This document shows, piece by piece, positions 1-9,813 of a stretch of DNA of 64,000 bases. Where the stretch lies: contig JBBTZT010000002.1 of NCBI GenBank assembly GCA_038061225.1, forward strand, positions 12,655-76,654, written 5' to 3'. The notes under the pieces are model-generated. The model saw nothing but the letters and a program-made list of their open reading frames with translations, was not told the DNA's origin and searched no databases. This DNA comes from Patescibacteria group bacterium (GTDB lineage Bacteria; Patescibacteriota; Microgenomatia; UBA8517). Position numbers and translations under genes: made by a program. Within the stretch, counting starts at the first letter, position 1. The number at the start of each line of letters is the position of its first letter.

Positions 1-128
1 TTCTGAAATTAAACTCGTTGAAAGCAAATTAAATTCCAAGGGTTATAAACTAGCCCTAAAGAAAATGGAGACTGAAGAATGGGCAAACAAGTGGTCAGAG
101 ATAATTAAAAAGGTGGTAAAATAGCCAT

Positions 129-1517
129 ATGAATAAAAAATATTATGTAACCACGGCAATTGATTACACTAATGATGTAATTCACATTGGCCATGCATAT
201 CAAAAAATATTGGCGGATGTTTTAGCTCGTTATCATCGGCAAATTGGTGATAAAACATACTTTTTGACAGGTACGGATGAGCACGGGCAAAAAGTAGAAA
301 GTAGTGCGAAAGAAAAAGGTATTAACCCTAAAGATTTTGTTGACAAAATTGCAAAAGAAGATAAAAAACAATGGGATAAATTAAATATTTCTTATGATCG
401 ATTTATTAGAACCACGGATGCAGATCATGTTAAATTTTCACAAGAATTTTATCTAAAAGCAAAAGCCAATGGTGATATTTATAAAGCAAAGTATAAAGGA
501 TTTTATTGTGAAGGCTGTGAGTCGTTTAAAGAAGCTTCTGAATTAAATGAAGAAAAATGTGAATTCCATCCAACAAAAAAGATACAAAAAATAGAAGAGC
601 AAAATTATTTTTTTGCTCTCTCCAAATATCAAAAGTTTTTATTAAATCACATCAAAAAACACCCAGAATTTATCTGGCCAGAATCAAGAAGGAACGAAAT
701 TCTATCATTTATAAAATCAGGATTAAAAGATTTTTCGATCAGTCGCCAAAATGTAACTTGGGGTATTTCAGTTCCAGACGATCCGACACACACAATCTAT
801 GTCTGGTTTGACGCTTTGATCAATTATTTAACTTATGGCGATTCAATGAAATGTTGGCCTGCGGATATTCACATACTGGGCAAGGACAATCAAAGATTTC
901 ATGCTATATATTGGCCAGCAATGTTAAAATCTGCAGGATACAAATTACCAAAAACGATATTGGTTCACGATTTTATTTCACTAGATGGTCAAAAAGTTAG
1001 TAAATCTCTAGGAAACGTAATTTTACCGAGCGAACTTATTAAAAAGTTTGGAGTTGATGGAGTAAGGTACTTCTTTTTAAGACACGGCCCACTCGCTAAC
1101 GATATTGATATAACTTTGGATAAAATCCAAAATGTATACAATTCAGATCTTGCAAATGGGCTTGGTAATTTAGTTTCCAGAGTTGCGAAACTCTGTGAAA
1201 AGTCTGGTTTTGTTTTTAAATCAAAACAAACAAAATTATATCCTGAGGTAGTAAAATCGCTAGAAGAATTTAGGTTTGATGAGGCATTAAAAATAATCTG
1301 GAACAAAATTACTCAAGTTGATCAAGAAATAAACAAAACAGAACCTTGGAAATTAGAGGGTAAAAAATTAAAAAAGTTTTTAGAAAATACTATCTCATCT
1401 ATACAGCACATAACATATAGCTTAAAGCCTTTTCTTCCTGAAACTGCAGAAAAAATTACAAAAATATTTAAAGGACCTAAAATAAAAGCACCTGAACCAT
1501 TATTCCCCCGTATATGA
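129..1517 (+). CDS. metG: Methionyl-tRNA synthetase, minimal form without the C-terminal tRNA-binding domain
   Basis: Class I aaRS HIGH motif (VIHIGHAYQ), KMSKS motif (KVSKSLGN) and a Cys knuckle (CEGCESF...CEFH). The 462-aa length fits a core-only MetRS. Confidence 0.85.
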   Translation: MNKKYYVTTAIDYTNDVIHIGHAYQKILADVLARYHRQIGDKTYFLTGTDEHGQKVESSAKEKGINPKDFVDKIAKEDKKQWDKLNISYDRFIRTTDADHVKFSQEFYLKAKANGDIYKAKYKGFYCEGCESFKEASELNEEKCEFHPTKKIQKIEEQNYFFALSKYQKFLLNHIKKHPEFIWPESRRNEILSFIKSGLKDFSISRQNVTWGISVPDDPTHTIYVWFDALINYLTYGDSMKCWPADIHILGKDNQRFHAIYWPAMLKSAGYKLPKTILVHDFISLDGQKVSKSLGNVILPSELIKKFGVDGVRYFFLRHGPLANDIDITLDKIQNVYNSDLANGLGNLVSRVAKLCEKSGFVFKSKQTKLYPEVVKSLEEFRFDEALKIIWNKITQVDQEINKTEPWKLEGKKLKKFLENTISSIQHITYSLKPFLPETAEKITKIFKGPKIKAPEPLFPRI

Positions 1518-3004
1518 GAAGTTTTATAATTAGACATGACAAGCAGGTTTTAAGAGCCTTTGAAATTCTTCCAGGATTTTTTTCTTGGAACATGATTTTA
1601 CTTCCCTACTGGGGAATTTTTGTTTTTCCTAACTTTGTTGCCTACTTTGTACTTTTATTTAACGTTTACTGGTTTTATCAGTCTTTTTTAATTGCTATCA
1701 CATCAGTTATCTCTCACACAAAAATTCAAGCAGCAATTAATTATGACTGGGTTGGTGATTTAAAAACATTTCCAGATTGGGACAAAGTACATAATGTTGT
1801 AATTATTCCTACATATAAAGAACCATTACATATTTTGGAAAGAACAATAAATTCATTAAAAAACCAAACTCTTCCAACAAGGATGATTACTGTAATTCTT
1901 GCCATGGAAGAGAAAGAATCCAGAGAAGATAGAGATGAAAAATGGAAAGCATTAACATATAAATTTGAAGGGGTTTTTGGAAATTTTTTAAGAACTAATC
2001 ATAAATTAGTAGTGGGTGAGGTTGTGGGCAAAGCTTCAAATGAAAAATTTGCGGCTGTTTGGTACAAGAAGAACTTTATTGACCTCACAAAAATGGATAT
2101 AAATTACATTACTGTAACTAGTTGTGATGCAGACCATAAATATCACCCTAACCATTTTGCCTGTCTTTCATTTAAGTTTCTTGATTGCCCAACAAGATAT
2201 AGACACTTTTGGCAACCAGCAGTTATGTTTTATAACAACATCTGGGAACTCCCTGCAATTACAAGGGTTCCAAATACTTTTGGATCAATTTGGAATTTAT
2301 CACAGCTTTCAAGAAAAGACAGACTTATAAATGCCCAAAACTATTCACTTTCATTTAAATTGCTTGACGAAGTTGGATACTGGGATGCAGATAAAATTCC
2401 TGAAGATTGGGGTATATTTTTTAAAGCATACTACAGGGTTAAAGGTGGGCTTGAAGTTGAACCTATTTATCTTCCATTACATGCCGATGCTGCTCAGTCT
2501 ACAACAACATGGAAAACAATGAAAAGTCAATATGAACAATATAAAAGATGGGCATGGGGAACATCAGACGATTCATGGATAATTAGAAATTATTTAATTG
2601 ATAAAGATATTCCTTTTTGGGACAAAACAACAAGGCTGGGATTTGTATTGTGGGCTCATTTTATGTGGCCAGTCAATTGGTTCATTATAACTATTGGACT
2701 TACATTACCAACACTTATTAATCCTGCCTTTGGTAGAACAGTATTAGGGTTTATGGTTCCAAAATTATCATCCATTATCTTGACTCTTTCTCTTGGTTTC
2801 TTTTTCGTTTTGTTTTTCATAGATAATGTATACAAACCAAAAAGACCTATTGGAATGTCAGTTTGGAGATCAATATTAATGCCTTTTGAATTTATTTTAA
2901 TGCCTGTTGCAGGATTTTTCTTTTCAGCCCTCCCAGGTCTTGACGCCCACACAAGACTGATGCTTGGAAAATATATACAGTACAAAGTTACCGAAAAGGT
3001 TTAA
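1514..3004 (+). CDS. Processive family-2 glycosyltransferase (cellulose/chitin-synthase-like) with C-terminal TM helices
   Basis: N-terminal TM, GT-A-like region (VVIIPTYKEP; TSCDAD) and a QxxRW motif (QYKRWAWG), followed by several hydrophobic helices. The start overlaps the metG stop by 4 bp. Confidence 0.65.
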   Translation: MRSFIIRHDKQVLRAFEILPGFFSWNMILLPYWGIFVFPNFVAYFVLLFNVYWFYQSFLIAITSVISHTKIQAAINYDWVGDLKTFPDWDKVHNVVIIPTYKEPLHILERTINSLKNQTLPTRMITVILAMEEKESREDRDEKWKALTYKFEGVFGNFLRTNHKLVVGEVVGKASNEKFAAVWYKKNFIDLTKMDINYITVTSCDADHKYHPNHFACLSFKFLDCPTRYRHFWQPAVMFYNNIWELPAITRVPNTFGSIWNLSQLSRKDRLINAQNYSLSFKLLDEVGYWDADKIPEDWGIFFKAYYRVKGGLEVEPIYLPLHADAAQSTTTWKTMKSQYEQYKRWAWGTSDDSWIIRNYLIDKDIPFWDKTTRLGFVLWAHFMWPVNWFIITIGLTLPTLINPAFGRTVLGFMVPKLSSIILTLSLGFFFVLFFIDNVYKPKRPIGMSVWRSILMPFEFILMPVAGFFFSALPGLDAHTRLMLGKYIQYKVTEKV

Positions 3005-3948
3005 AACGATTTGTAATATTTAATTGTTTTTTGAAGACCCTCTTTAAGTTCTACTTTTGGCTCCCAATTTAATGTTTTTCTTGCTTTCGTAATATCTGGA
3101 CACCTTTGCATTGGGTCGTCTGGTCTAAATTTGCCAGAATAAACAACTTTAGATTTACTATTTGTCAATTTAATTACTATTTCTGCTAGTTCCTTAATTG
3201 CAAATTCATCCGGATTTCCGAGATTAAATATTTCACCCTTTGTTTTATTAGTAAACATTGCCTTTTTAATTCCATCAACTAAGTCTGATACATAACAAAA
3301 TGACCTTGTTTGACTTCCATCACCATCTATTTTGATATCTTCATTTTTTAAAGCCCAGTTTATAAAGTTACTAACTACCCTACCATCATCTTTTTGCATC
3401 TGGGGGCCATAAGTGTTAAATATTCTAATTATTCTTGCATCAATATCATATTTATTTAAATACACATAAGTTGCTGTTTCAGCGAATCTTTTACTTTCGT
3501 CATAACATGCACGTGGTCCAAATGTATTAACATTACCACAATATGTCTCTTTTTGTGGATGTTCTAATGGATCACCATAAACCTCAGATGTTGAGGCTAT
3601 AAGAATTTTGGCTTTTAAGTCTTTAGCCAGAGCTAGCATATTGACGGTACCCTTAGAGTTAACAAGAAGCGTTTCAAGTGGAAAATTCTGATAATCTATT
3701 GGGGAGGCGGGTGACGCTAAGTGAAAAATAAAATTTGCTGAAGTATTGATTAATTGATTTATTGAATTACTAGTTATATCTGCTTTTATGAAGCTAAAGT
3801 TAGAATTTGTAAGTAAATCTTCTATATTTTTTGAGCTTCCTGTAATTAGATTGTCAAGACACATTACTTCATACCCATCACTTAAAAGAGATTTACATAA
3901 ATGTGAACCAATGAATCCTGCACCACCAGTGACTAATACTTTTTTCAT
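3001..3948 (-). CDS. UDP-glucuronate decarboxylase / UDP-xylose synthase-type SDR epimerase-dehydratase
   Basis: Rossmann motif GGAGFIGSHL and catalytic YDESK (YxxxK). End-to-end similarity to the UXS/ArnA-decarboxylase family (VLVTGGAGFIGSHLC...DNL.TG). Confidence 0.75.
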   Translation of the reverse strand: MKKVLVTGGAGFIGSHLCKSLLSDGYEVMCLDNLITGSSKNIEDLLTNSNFSFIKADITSNSINQLINTSANFIFHLASPASPIDYQNFPLETLLVNSKGTVNMLALAKDLKAKILIASTSEVYGDPLEHPQKETYCGNVNTFGPRACYDESKRFAETATYVYLNKYDIDARIIRIFNTYGPQMQKDDGRVVSNFINWALKNEDIKIDGDGSQTRSFCYVSDLVDGIKKAMFTNKTKGEIFNLGNPDEFAIKELAEIVIKLTNSKSKVVYSGKFRPDDPMQRCPDITKARKTLNWEPKVELKEGLQKTIKYYKSF

Positions 3949-3967
3949 ATGGTAGAATTATAACAGC

Positions 3968-5452
3968 ATGAAGCTTTGGAAGAAACTAATAACTATCATT
4001 GATACCCCACTTTGGCTTGAGATTTTCTTATGTCTACTTCTAGTTTTGAGGATTCCTTCGTTTTTTGAACCATATTATTATGGTGATGAAATGATCTACC
4101 TAGCTCTTGGCCAAGGTCTTAGACAAGGAATCCCTCTTTATTTAGGATTGCATGATAATAAACCACCTCTTCTTTATTTAATTGCTGCCCTAGCCGGAAA
4201 TTTGTTTTTATTTAAAGTAATATTGGCTTTTTGGAGTTTAGCTACAATTTATGTTTTTTGGAAATTAGTTAAACATCTCTTCCCAAAACAAGTAAGACTT
4301 CAAAACATATCTACTATCATCTTTGGCATACTAACCACAATTCCACTTTTTGAAGGCAATACAGTAAACGCTGAGTTGTTTATGATTGGTCCTGTAATTT
4401 TAGCTTTTCTAATTTTATTATCCAAAAAGAACAATCTTAAAAACTTATTAATTTCTGGCTCTTTAATTTCAATTGCAGCCCTTTTCAAAATTCCAGCAGC
4501 TTTTGATATTTTAGGAATAATTGCTTTTTGGTTAATATATTTAAAATTTAAAGATGTTAAAGAGTTTGTTGTTAAATCAATTTATTTATTTTTAGGTTTT
4601 ATAATCCCGATAGGTTTAACTTTTGTTTGGTATTATTTTGCGGGTGGTTTTAAGGAATATTTAGTTGCAGTATTTTTACAAAACTTTGGCTATGTTAGTA
4701 GTTGGAGACCAAGTCCTGTAGAGCTTTCATTTATAGAAAAAAATAGTCCATTACTAATTAGGACCGGTGTTATGTTTTTAGGGTTTATCGGACTTTTTAT
4801 ATCAAGAAAAAAACTTTCAAAAGAATTTGTTTTTGTTTCAGCTTGGTTATTGGCAACACTTTTTGCTGTTACATTATCAGAACGTCCTTATCCTCATTAT
4901 TTTGTTCAATCTCTTGCCCCTCTATCAATACTATTGGGGATGTTATTTAGTTTAAAAACAGTAGAACAAAGTTTGACTGTAATTCCATTAACAATTGCAT
5001 TTTTTGTCCCCTTTTATTACAAATTTTGGTATTATCCAACAGCTTCTTATTACACAAGGTTTATTAAATTTGTTACTAAACAAACAACAAAACAGGAATA
5101 TTTTAAAAGTTTCTCTCCCAATGTTACATTAAATTATGAAATTGCTGATTTTCTTGCTAAATCCTCTACAAAAAATGATAGAATCTTTGTTTGGAGCAAT
5201 GATTCATCTGCAATTTACTCTTTGTCAAGAAGACTCCCACCTATAAAATATGTTGCTGATTATCACTTTAGGGATTTTTCAAATCCTAACGAGGTCATAA
5301 ACATCCTTACTAAAACAATGCCAAAGTTTATAGTTATTACTTCAAGCTCTTTTCCTTTTCCTGAGCTTAATACTTTTGTAAATGAAAATTATTATATAAT
5401 TTCTGAGATCGGCACAAGTCAAATATGGCTTTACATAAATCAAGGTGAATAA
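3968..5452 (+). CDS. GT-C family glycosyltransferase (ArnT/PMT-like, polyprenyl-phosphate-sugar dependent)
   Basis: A polytopic membrane protein. The first extracytoplasmic loop carries YYYGDEMIY, the DE motif of ArnT/PMT GT-C enzymes. There are about 11 predicted helices and a C-terminal soluble domain. Confidence 0.6.
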   Translation: MKLWKKLITIIDTPLWLEIFLCLLLVLRIPSFFEPYYYGDEMIYLALGQGLRQGIPLYLGLHDNKPPLLYLIAALAGNLFLFKVILAFWSLATIYVFWKLVKHLFPKQVRLQNISTIIFGILTTIPLFEGNTVNAELFMIGPVILAFLILLSKKNNLKNLLISGSLISIAALFKIPAAFDILGIIAFWLIYLKFKDVKEFVVKSIYLFLGFIIPIGLTFVWYYFAGGFKEYLVAVFLQNFGYVSSWRPSPVELSFIEKNSPLLIRTGVMFLGFIGLFISRKKLSKEFVFVSAWLLATLFAVTLSERPYPHYFVQSLAPLSILLGMLFSLKTVEQSLTVIPLTIAFFVPFYYKFWYYPTASYYTRFIKFVTKQTTKQEYFKSFSPNVTLNYEIADFLAKSSTKNDRIFVWSNDSSAIYSLSRRLPPIKYVADYHFRDFSNPNEVINILTKTMPKFIVITSSSFPFPELNTFVNENYYIISEIGTSQIWLYINQGE

Positions 5453-5460
5453 ATTTCATT

Positions 5461-5853
5461 ATGAATATGAATAAATTTCATTTCAAATTAAAAAAGGTTC
5501 CTGTAATCAAAATTGACCCGCGTTTTGAAAAATTACCATTAAGACATCTTTTTATAATTTCTCTTGTTATTAATTGTGTTTTAATTCTGTCAGGACTTTT
5601 TGCAAAATTTGTCTTACCTCCAGAAATACCTTTATATTATGGGCTTCCTAAGAATGAAGACCAACTTGCCAATTCAATTTATATTATTTTACCGGCCTTA
5701 ATGTCAATTTTAGTTACAATTATTAATGCAGCGCTATCTGTTATTTCAAATAGTGTTTACCTTAAAAAAACTCTTGCTTTTGCTTCTATTTTAGTAACAA
5801 TTTTAAGTATTGTTGCAACTTACAAAATAATATTTTTAGTTGGTTCATTTTAA
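5461..5853 (+). CDS. Small integral membrane protein, hypothetical
   Basis: Three to four hydrophobic helices with no recognisable motif. Co-directional with the glycan cluster. Confidence 0.3.
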   Translation: MNMNKFHFKLKKVPVIKIDPRFEKLPLRHLFIISLVINCVLILSGLFAKFVLPPEIPLYYGLPKNEDQLANSIYIILPALMSILVTIINAALSVISNSVYLKKTLAFASILVTILSIVATYKIIFLVGSF

Positions 5854-6883
5854 TAAAATGTTAAAAATAACAAATCTTTTATTTATTCCTTTATTTATAG
5901 CATTTTTAGTTTCGTATTTTATTACTCCTGTTGTTATTAAATACGCAAAAATATTAAAAATCATGGACGATCCAAAGAAAAATAGACATCCAAAAGTAAT
6001 ACATACTACGCCAATTCCCAGAGGCGGCGGAATACCTGTTTTTCTCTCAATTTTAGTGGCTTCATTAATTTTTATACCTGTTGATAAACATTTAATATCA
6101 ATTTTACTGGGCGCATTTGTGATATTTATAATGGGATTTTTAGATGATAGATATAATCTAAACCCTTATTTAAGAATAGGTCTTGGATTTTTAGCAGCCA
6201 TTATTCCAATCGCTTCAGGTATTGGGATAGCTTTTTTAACCAATCCTTTTGGAGGTATCTTTGACCTTTCAAATCCAATTATTTCTGATATTTTTGCTCT
6301 AGTTTGGATTGTCTTTATGATGAATATGCTAAACATGGGGGCCAAAGGAATTGATGGTCAGCTTTCAGGTGTTACAATCATTTCAGCTCTAACAATCACT
6401 GCTCTTTCCTTTTACTATTCCTCAGATATCACACAATGGCCAGTGATATTAATAACAGGAATAACTGCTGGCGCATTTTTAGGTTTTCTTCCATGGCACA
6501 AGTATCCTCAAAAAATTATGCCAGGCTATGGAGGTGCAACATTAGCGGGTTATATGCTTGCAATTGCCTCAATACTTTCAACCACCAAAGTGGGAACGTT
6601 AATTGTAGTTTTAGGCATCCCTTTAATAGATACGGGGTATACTATCATTAGAAGAATTCTGTCAGGTAAATCCCCCGTCTGGGGTGACAGAGGGCATCTA
6701 CATCATAAATTACTAGACTCTGGTCTTTCAAAAAAACAAGTGTCCCAAATTTATTGGTCACTGACTGCAATACTTGGGATTTTAGCTCTTAATTTGAATA
6801 GTACATATAAGTTATATACAATCATAGGAGTATCGTTAGTTTTAGGAGGTTTAATACTATGGTTGACTTACCGATCCAGATAA
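5840..6883 (+). CDS. MraY/WecA-family polyprenyl-phosphate N-acetylhexosamine-1-phosphate transferase (GT4 family)
   Basis: Ten or so TM helices and a DDxxN-type motif (FLDDRYNLNPYLRIGLGF). The overall family pattern includes MNMLNMGAKGIDG. Confidence 0.7.
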   Translation: MVHFNKMLKITNLLFIPLFIAFLVSYFITPVVIKYAKILKIMDDPKKNRHPKVIHTTPIPRGGGIPVFLSILVASLIFIPVDKHLISILLGAFVIFIMGFLDDRYNLNPYLRIGLGFLAAIIPIASGIGIAFLTNPFGGIFDLSNPIISDIFALVWIVFMMNMLNMGAKGIDGQLSGVTIISALTITALSFYYSSDITQWPVILITGITAGAFLGFLPWHKYPQKIMPGYGGATLAGYMLAIASILSTTKVGTLIVVLGIPLIDTGYTIIRRILSGKSPVWGDRGHLHHKLLDSGLSKKQVSQIYWSLTAILGILALNLNSTYKLYTIIGVSLVLGGLILWLTYRSR

Positions 6884-7818
6884 GCGAGCTTGTTTTGCAA
6901 ATAATTCGTGTGGCAAGACCCATTCATTGGGTTAAGAATCTTGCCCTTTTTGGGGCATTACTTTTAACAGGAACTCTTTATGAAACAGGTCTTTTTAAAG
7001 ATGTTCTTTTGGCTTTCTTTTCTTTTTCTTTTGCTACTTCTGCAACTTATATTTTTAATGACATATTAGATTCAAAATCAGATAGACTTCATCCTGTCAA
7101 AAAAAACAGACCGATCGCTTCAAGTAAATTACCTTTTTCAATTGCTGTATTTGAACTATTAGGCTTTATATTCATGTCGTTAGTTTTGGCCATACCCTTA
7201 AATCAAATATTTACTATTTTAATTTTGATATATATAGGATTGCAGATTTTGTATAGTTTAGGTCTTAAAAATATACCTGTTATTGATATTTTAATTATTG
7301 CTACAGGTTTTATTTTAAGAGTCTACGGCGGAGCCGTTGTAATTAATGCTCACCTTTCAGTTTGGTTTCTACTTTGTGTGGTTTCTGCCTCATTATTTTT
7401 AGCCGCAGGGAAAAGAAGGGCTGAAATAAATTTGCTTGAAGCTGTTGATGGAGGGACAAGAAAAAGCCTTACTAAATACTCAAAAGAGTTATTAAATAGC
7501 TATGTTACAATGTTTGGTAATGCTACTTGGATGAGTTGGAGCCTTTATACTTTTTTTGAATCCCCAAAAGCATCCTTAAACTTTTGGTTAGTCTTGGCTG
7601 AAGTTTCAAGGGCCACAACTATTAATAAACTAATGATGTTAACAATTCCTGTTGTAATTTTTGGAATTATGCGATATGAAGCTTTAATTTTTGAAGGCAA
7701 ATCAGAAGCTCCTGAAAAACTTTTGTTAACAGATAAAGCACTCTTAACTGCTGTTATCCTTTGGATATCAATTGTTTATTGGATTATTTATTCTGGAGTA
7801 TCTGTTAGCGGAATATAG
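6859..7818 (+). CDS. UbiA-family prenyltransferase, decaprenyl-phosphate phosphoribosyltransferase (DPPR synthase)-like
   Basis: First Asp-rich motif NDILDSKSDRLHPVKKNRPIASSKL (NDxxDxxxD) and polytopic topology. The 4-bp-coupled start overlaps the end of the upstream gene. Confidence 0.65.
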   Translation: MVDLPIQISELVLQIIRVARPIHWVKNLALFGALLLTGTLYETGLFKDVLLAFFSFSFATSATYIFNDILDSKSDRLHPVKKNRPIASSKLPFSIAVFELLGFIFMSLVLAIPLNQIFTILILIYIGLQILYSLGLKNIPVIDILIIATGFILRVYGGAVVINAHLSVWFLLCVVSASLFLAAGKRRAEINLLEAVDGGTRKSLTKYSKELLNSYVTMFGNATWMSWSLYTFFESPKASLNFWLVLAEVSRATTINKLMMLTIPVVIFGIMRYEALIFEGKSEAPEKLLLTDKALLTAVILWISIVYWIIYSGVSVSGI

Positions 7819-8687
7819 ATTTTTGTTACATATTCACCACTTACCCACCCTTCTACCGGTGCAGCCGGCCAAGCTTCGCTTATCTCTCCTATTTTTATTT
7901 TAAACCAACTGCTATCTTCATTTTCTTCAATCACTTCATATTCTTCGCCTGGTTTAACTTCTGCTACTTCAGGAAAATTTACTCCCGCTCCCTGTCTAAC
8001 TCTTAAAAAACCTATGTCTGTTTTGTTTATAACGATAGTTGGAAGCATTTTCACTCTTGTTTTTATTTCAGTTGGTTTAAGTAATTCTTTTCCATCAGTT
8101 GCTGGTGTTTCGTTTGATTTTGCTAATTTTACTGAAGCTGTTAATTTATAACCTGCATAGACTTTAATAGGAAGAGATTTTTCTAAATATTTATCAGCAG
8201 AAACAATTAAATTATGATCTCCAGCAGGAACTTTTACACGGAGTGGTGTATATCCATATATTTTATTATCAATTAAAACTTGTGCATTATCAGGAACTGA
8301 CACAACAGTAATATATGATTCTTTACCACCCAGTTTTTCAAAAGATACAACTACTCCACTTGAGCTTTCTTCTGTTTCTCTAAAAACTCTTTTAACAATT
8401 GTCCTAATTCCTGAAACCAAATTTATTTTAGTTTCATAATCATCTAAAATAATATTATTAACACTATCTGGTTTTATTCTTAAAAGAATTTCTCCAGGAT
8501 TTCTATTTACTTCATATGGAGTTTTACCAACTTCTTGATTATTTATATAAACAGTTGAAATAGGGTCTGCTTCTACTAAAATTCCAGCTTCTTGGACATT
8601 AAAAAAATCGAGTAATAATAAAACCAATAAACCTAGGACAATGATTCCAGTCAAGACCAAAACAATTTTGACAATTTTCTTTTTCAT
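7788..8687 (-). CDS. PEGA-domain membrane-anchored protein
   Basis: N-terminal TM anchor. Two PEGA-like beta motifs (VYINNQEVGKTPYEV; VLIDNKIYGYTPLRVKV) and a C-terminal SH3-like segment. Confidence 0.5.
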   Translation of the reverse strand: MKKKIVKIVLVLTGIIVLGLLVLLLLDFFNVQEAGILVEADPISTVYINNQEVGKTPYEVNRNPGEILLRIKPDSVNNIILDDYETKINLVSGIRTIVKRVFRETEESSSGVVVSFEKLGGKESYITVVSVPDNAQVLIDNKIYGYTPLRVKVPAGDHNLIVSADKYLEKSLPIKVYAGYKLTASVKLAKSNETPATDGKELLKPTEIKTRVKMLPTIVINKTDIGFLRVRQGAGVNFPEVAEVKPGEEYEVIEENEDSSWFKIKIGEISEAWPAAPVEGWVSGEYVTKIYIPLTDTPE

Positions 8688-8754
8688 ATGTTCTTTAGTG
8701 TATCAGATTTTAAAAAAAATCCTTTGAGTATTCATATGTTACAATATGGCTATT

Positions 8755-8828
8755 GATCCGGTGCTAGAGTGGCCATAGGGCGGTCTGCAAAACCGTTTAC
8801 ATGGGTTCAAATCCCATCCGGATCTCCC
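8755..8828 (+). tRNA. tRNA-Cys (anticodon GCA)
   Basis: Cloverleaf read by hand. The acceptor is GATCCGG/CCGGATC. The anticodon stem is GCGGT/ACCGT with loop CTGCAAA. The T arm is ATGGG-TTCAAAT-CCCAT and the discriminator is U. Confidence 0.75.
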
Positions 8829-8864
8829 AGCTCCGATTTGAATTTATATTATCGTTTTTTATTA

Positions 8865-9452
8865 TCAACAAGATTGTTCCACTTTGCCCACAAAGGTAAC
8901 ATCTTTACCCCAATCATAATCTTCACTCCCAGGTAAACTCTCATCGAATTTATATTTTCCCCAAAATTCTTTTTTAATCAATGAGTTAGTATTTGATATC
9001 CAAGGAGTATAATCCTCTCGCTTTTTAAAAAATGGAAAATATAAAAAGACAATGTTTCCTAAAAACCTAGACCAATAACCCACTATAAAGTCTGAATAAT
9101 AGCCACTAAGTCCTGCAAGAGTTTTTTCTTTCATCAAGACATTAACTCCACTTGCAAGCCAATTGTTAGAAATCGGAATAGAATGGCCACTCAGAATACA
9201 AATGTATTTGCCCTTTGCTTTGTTTATACCGTAATTGAGTGAATATCCGTAAGTAAAATCTTTTTGACTAATTTTATATAAACGGATTGGAAACTTTTTA
9301 ACAATTTCGAGCGTCTGATCAGTTGATCCCGAATCAACAATTATAATTTCAAAATTTTTGAAAGTTTGTTTTAAAAGTAGATTTAAAACTTTACCTAAAT
9401 ATTTAGCCTCATTTTTAGTTCTTATAACAATACTTACAAGTGGATTTTCCAT
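8865..9452 (-). CDS. Family-2 glycosyltransferase (short)
   Basis: N-terminal GT-A signature VSIVIRTKNEAKYL...IIIVDSGSTDQT. Confidence 0.6.
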   Translation of the reverse strand: MENPLVSIVIRTKNEAKYLGKVLNLLLKQTFKNFEIIIVDSGSTDQTLEIVKKFPIRLYKISQKDFTYGYSLNYGINKAKGKYICILSGHSIPISNNWLASGVNVLMKEKTLAGLSGYYSDFIVGYWSRFLGNIVFLYFPFFKKREDYTPWISNTNSLIKKEFWGKYKFDESLPGSEDYDWGKDVTFVGKVEQSC

Positions 9453-9582
9453 AATTAAGAAACTATATAACTCATTACTTAATGATTATTTCCAGTAACT
9501 CAGGAAATTTGTCTGTTTTCATATCAGTTTCTATTTTATCATCTTTAAAGCAATTAATTCTAGAATGATTTAAAATATAGAC

Positions 9583-9810
9583 ATGATAAGAAGTGTTGCA
9601 TATTCTCAAAATCTACTAGTTGATGACAACTTGGTCGAAAAACTTGTTTCGTCATCTCATATTAACAATGGTGATACAGTTTTAGAAATTGGTGCTGGAA
9701 AAGGAATAATAACTAAAGAGCTTTTAAAAAAGGCAGGTAATGTTGTGGTTTTTGAAATTGATCAAGAACTTGTAAATTCGTGGCAGTTACGATTGTATCC
9801 CATAATTTGA
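9583..9810 (+). pseudogene. Truncated N-terminal fragment (75 aa) of a KsgA/RsmA/Erm-type rRNA adenine dimethyltransferase
   Basis: QNLLVDDNLVEKL...VLEIGAGKGIITKELLKKAGNVVVFEIDQELV matches the SAM-binding N-terminus of the family. The ORF stops after about 75 of the expected 260 aa. Confidence 0.5.
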
Positions 9811-9813
9811 CTT

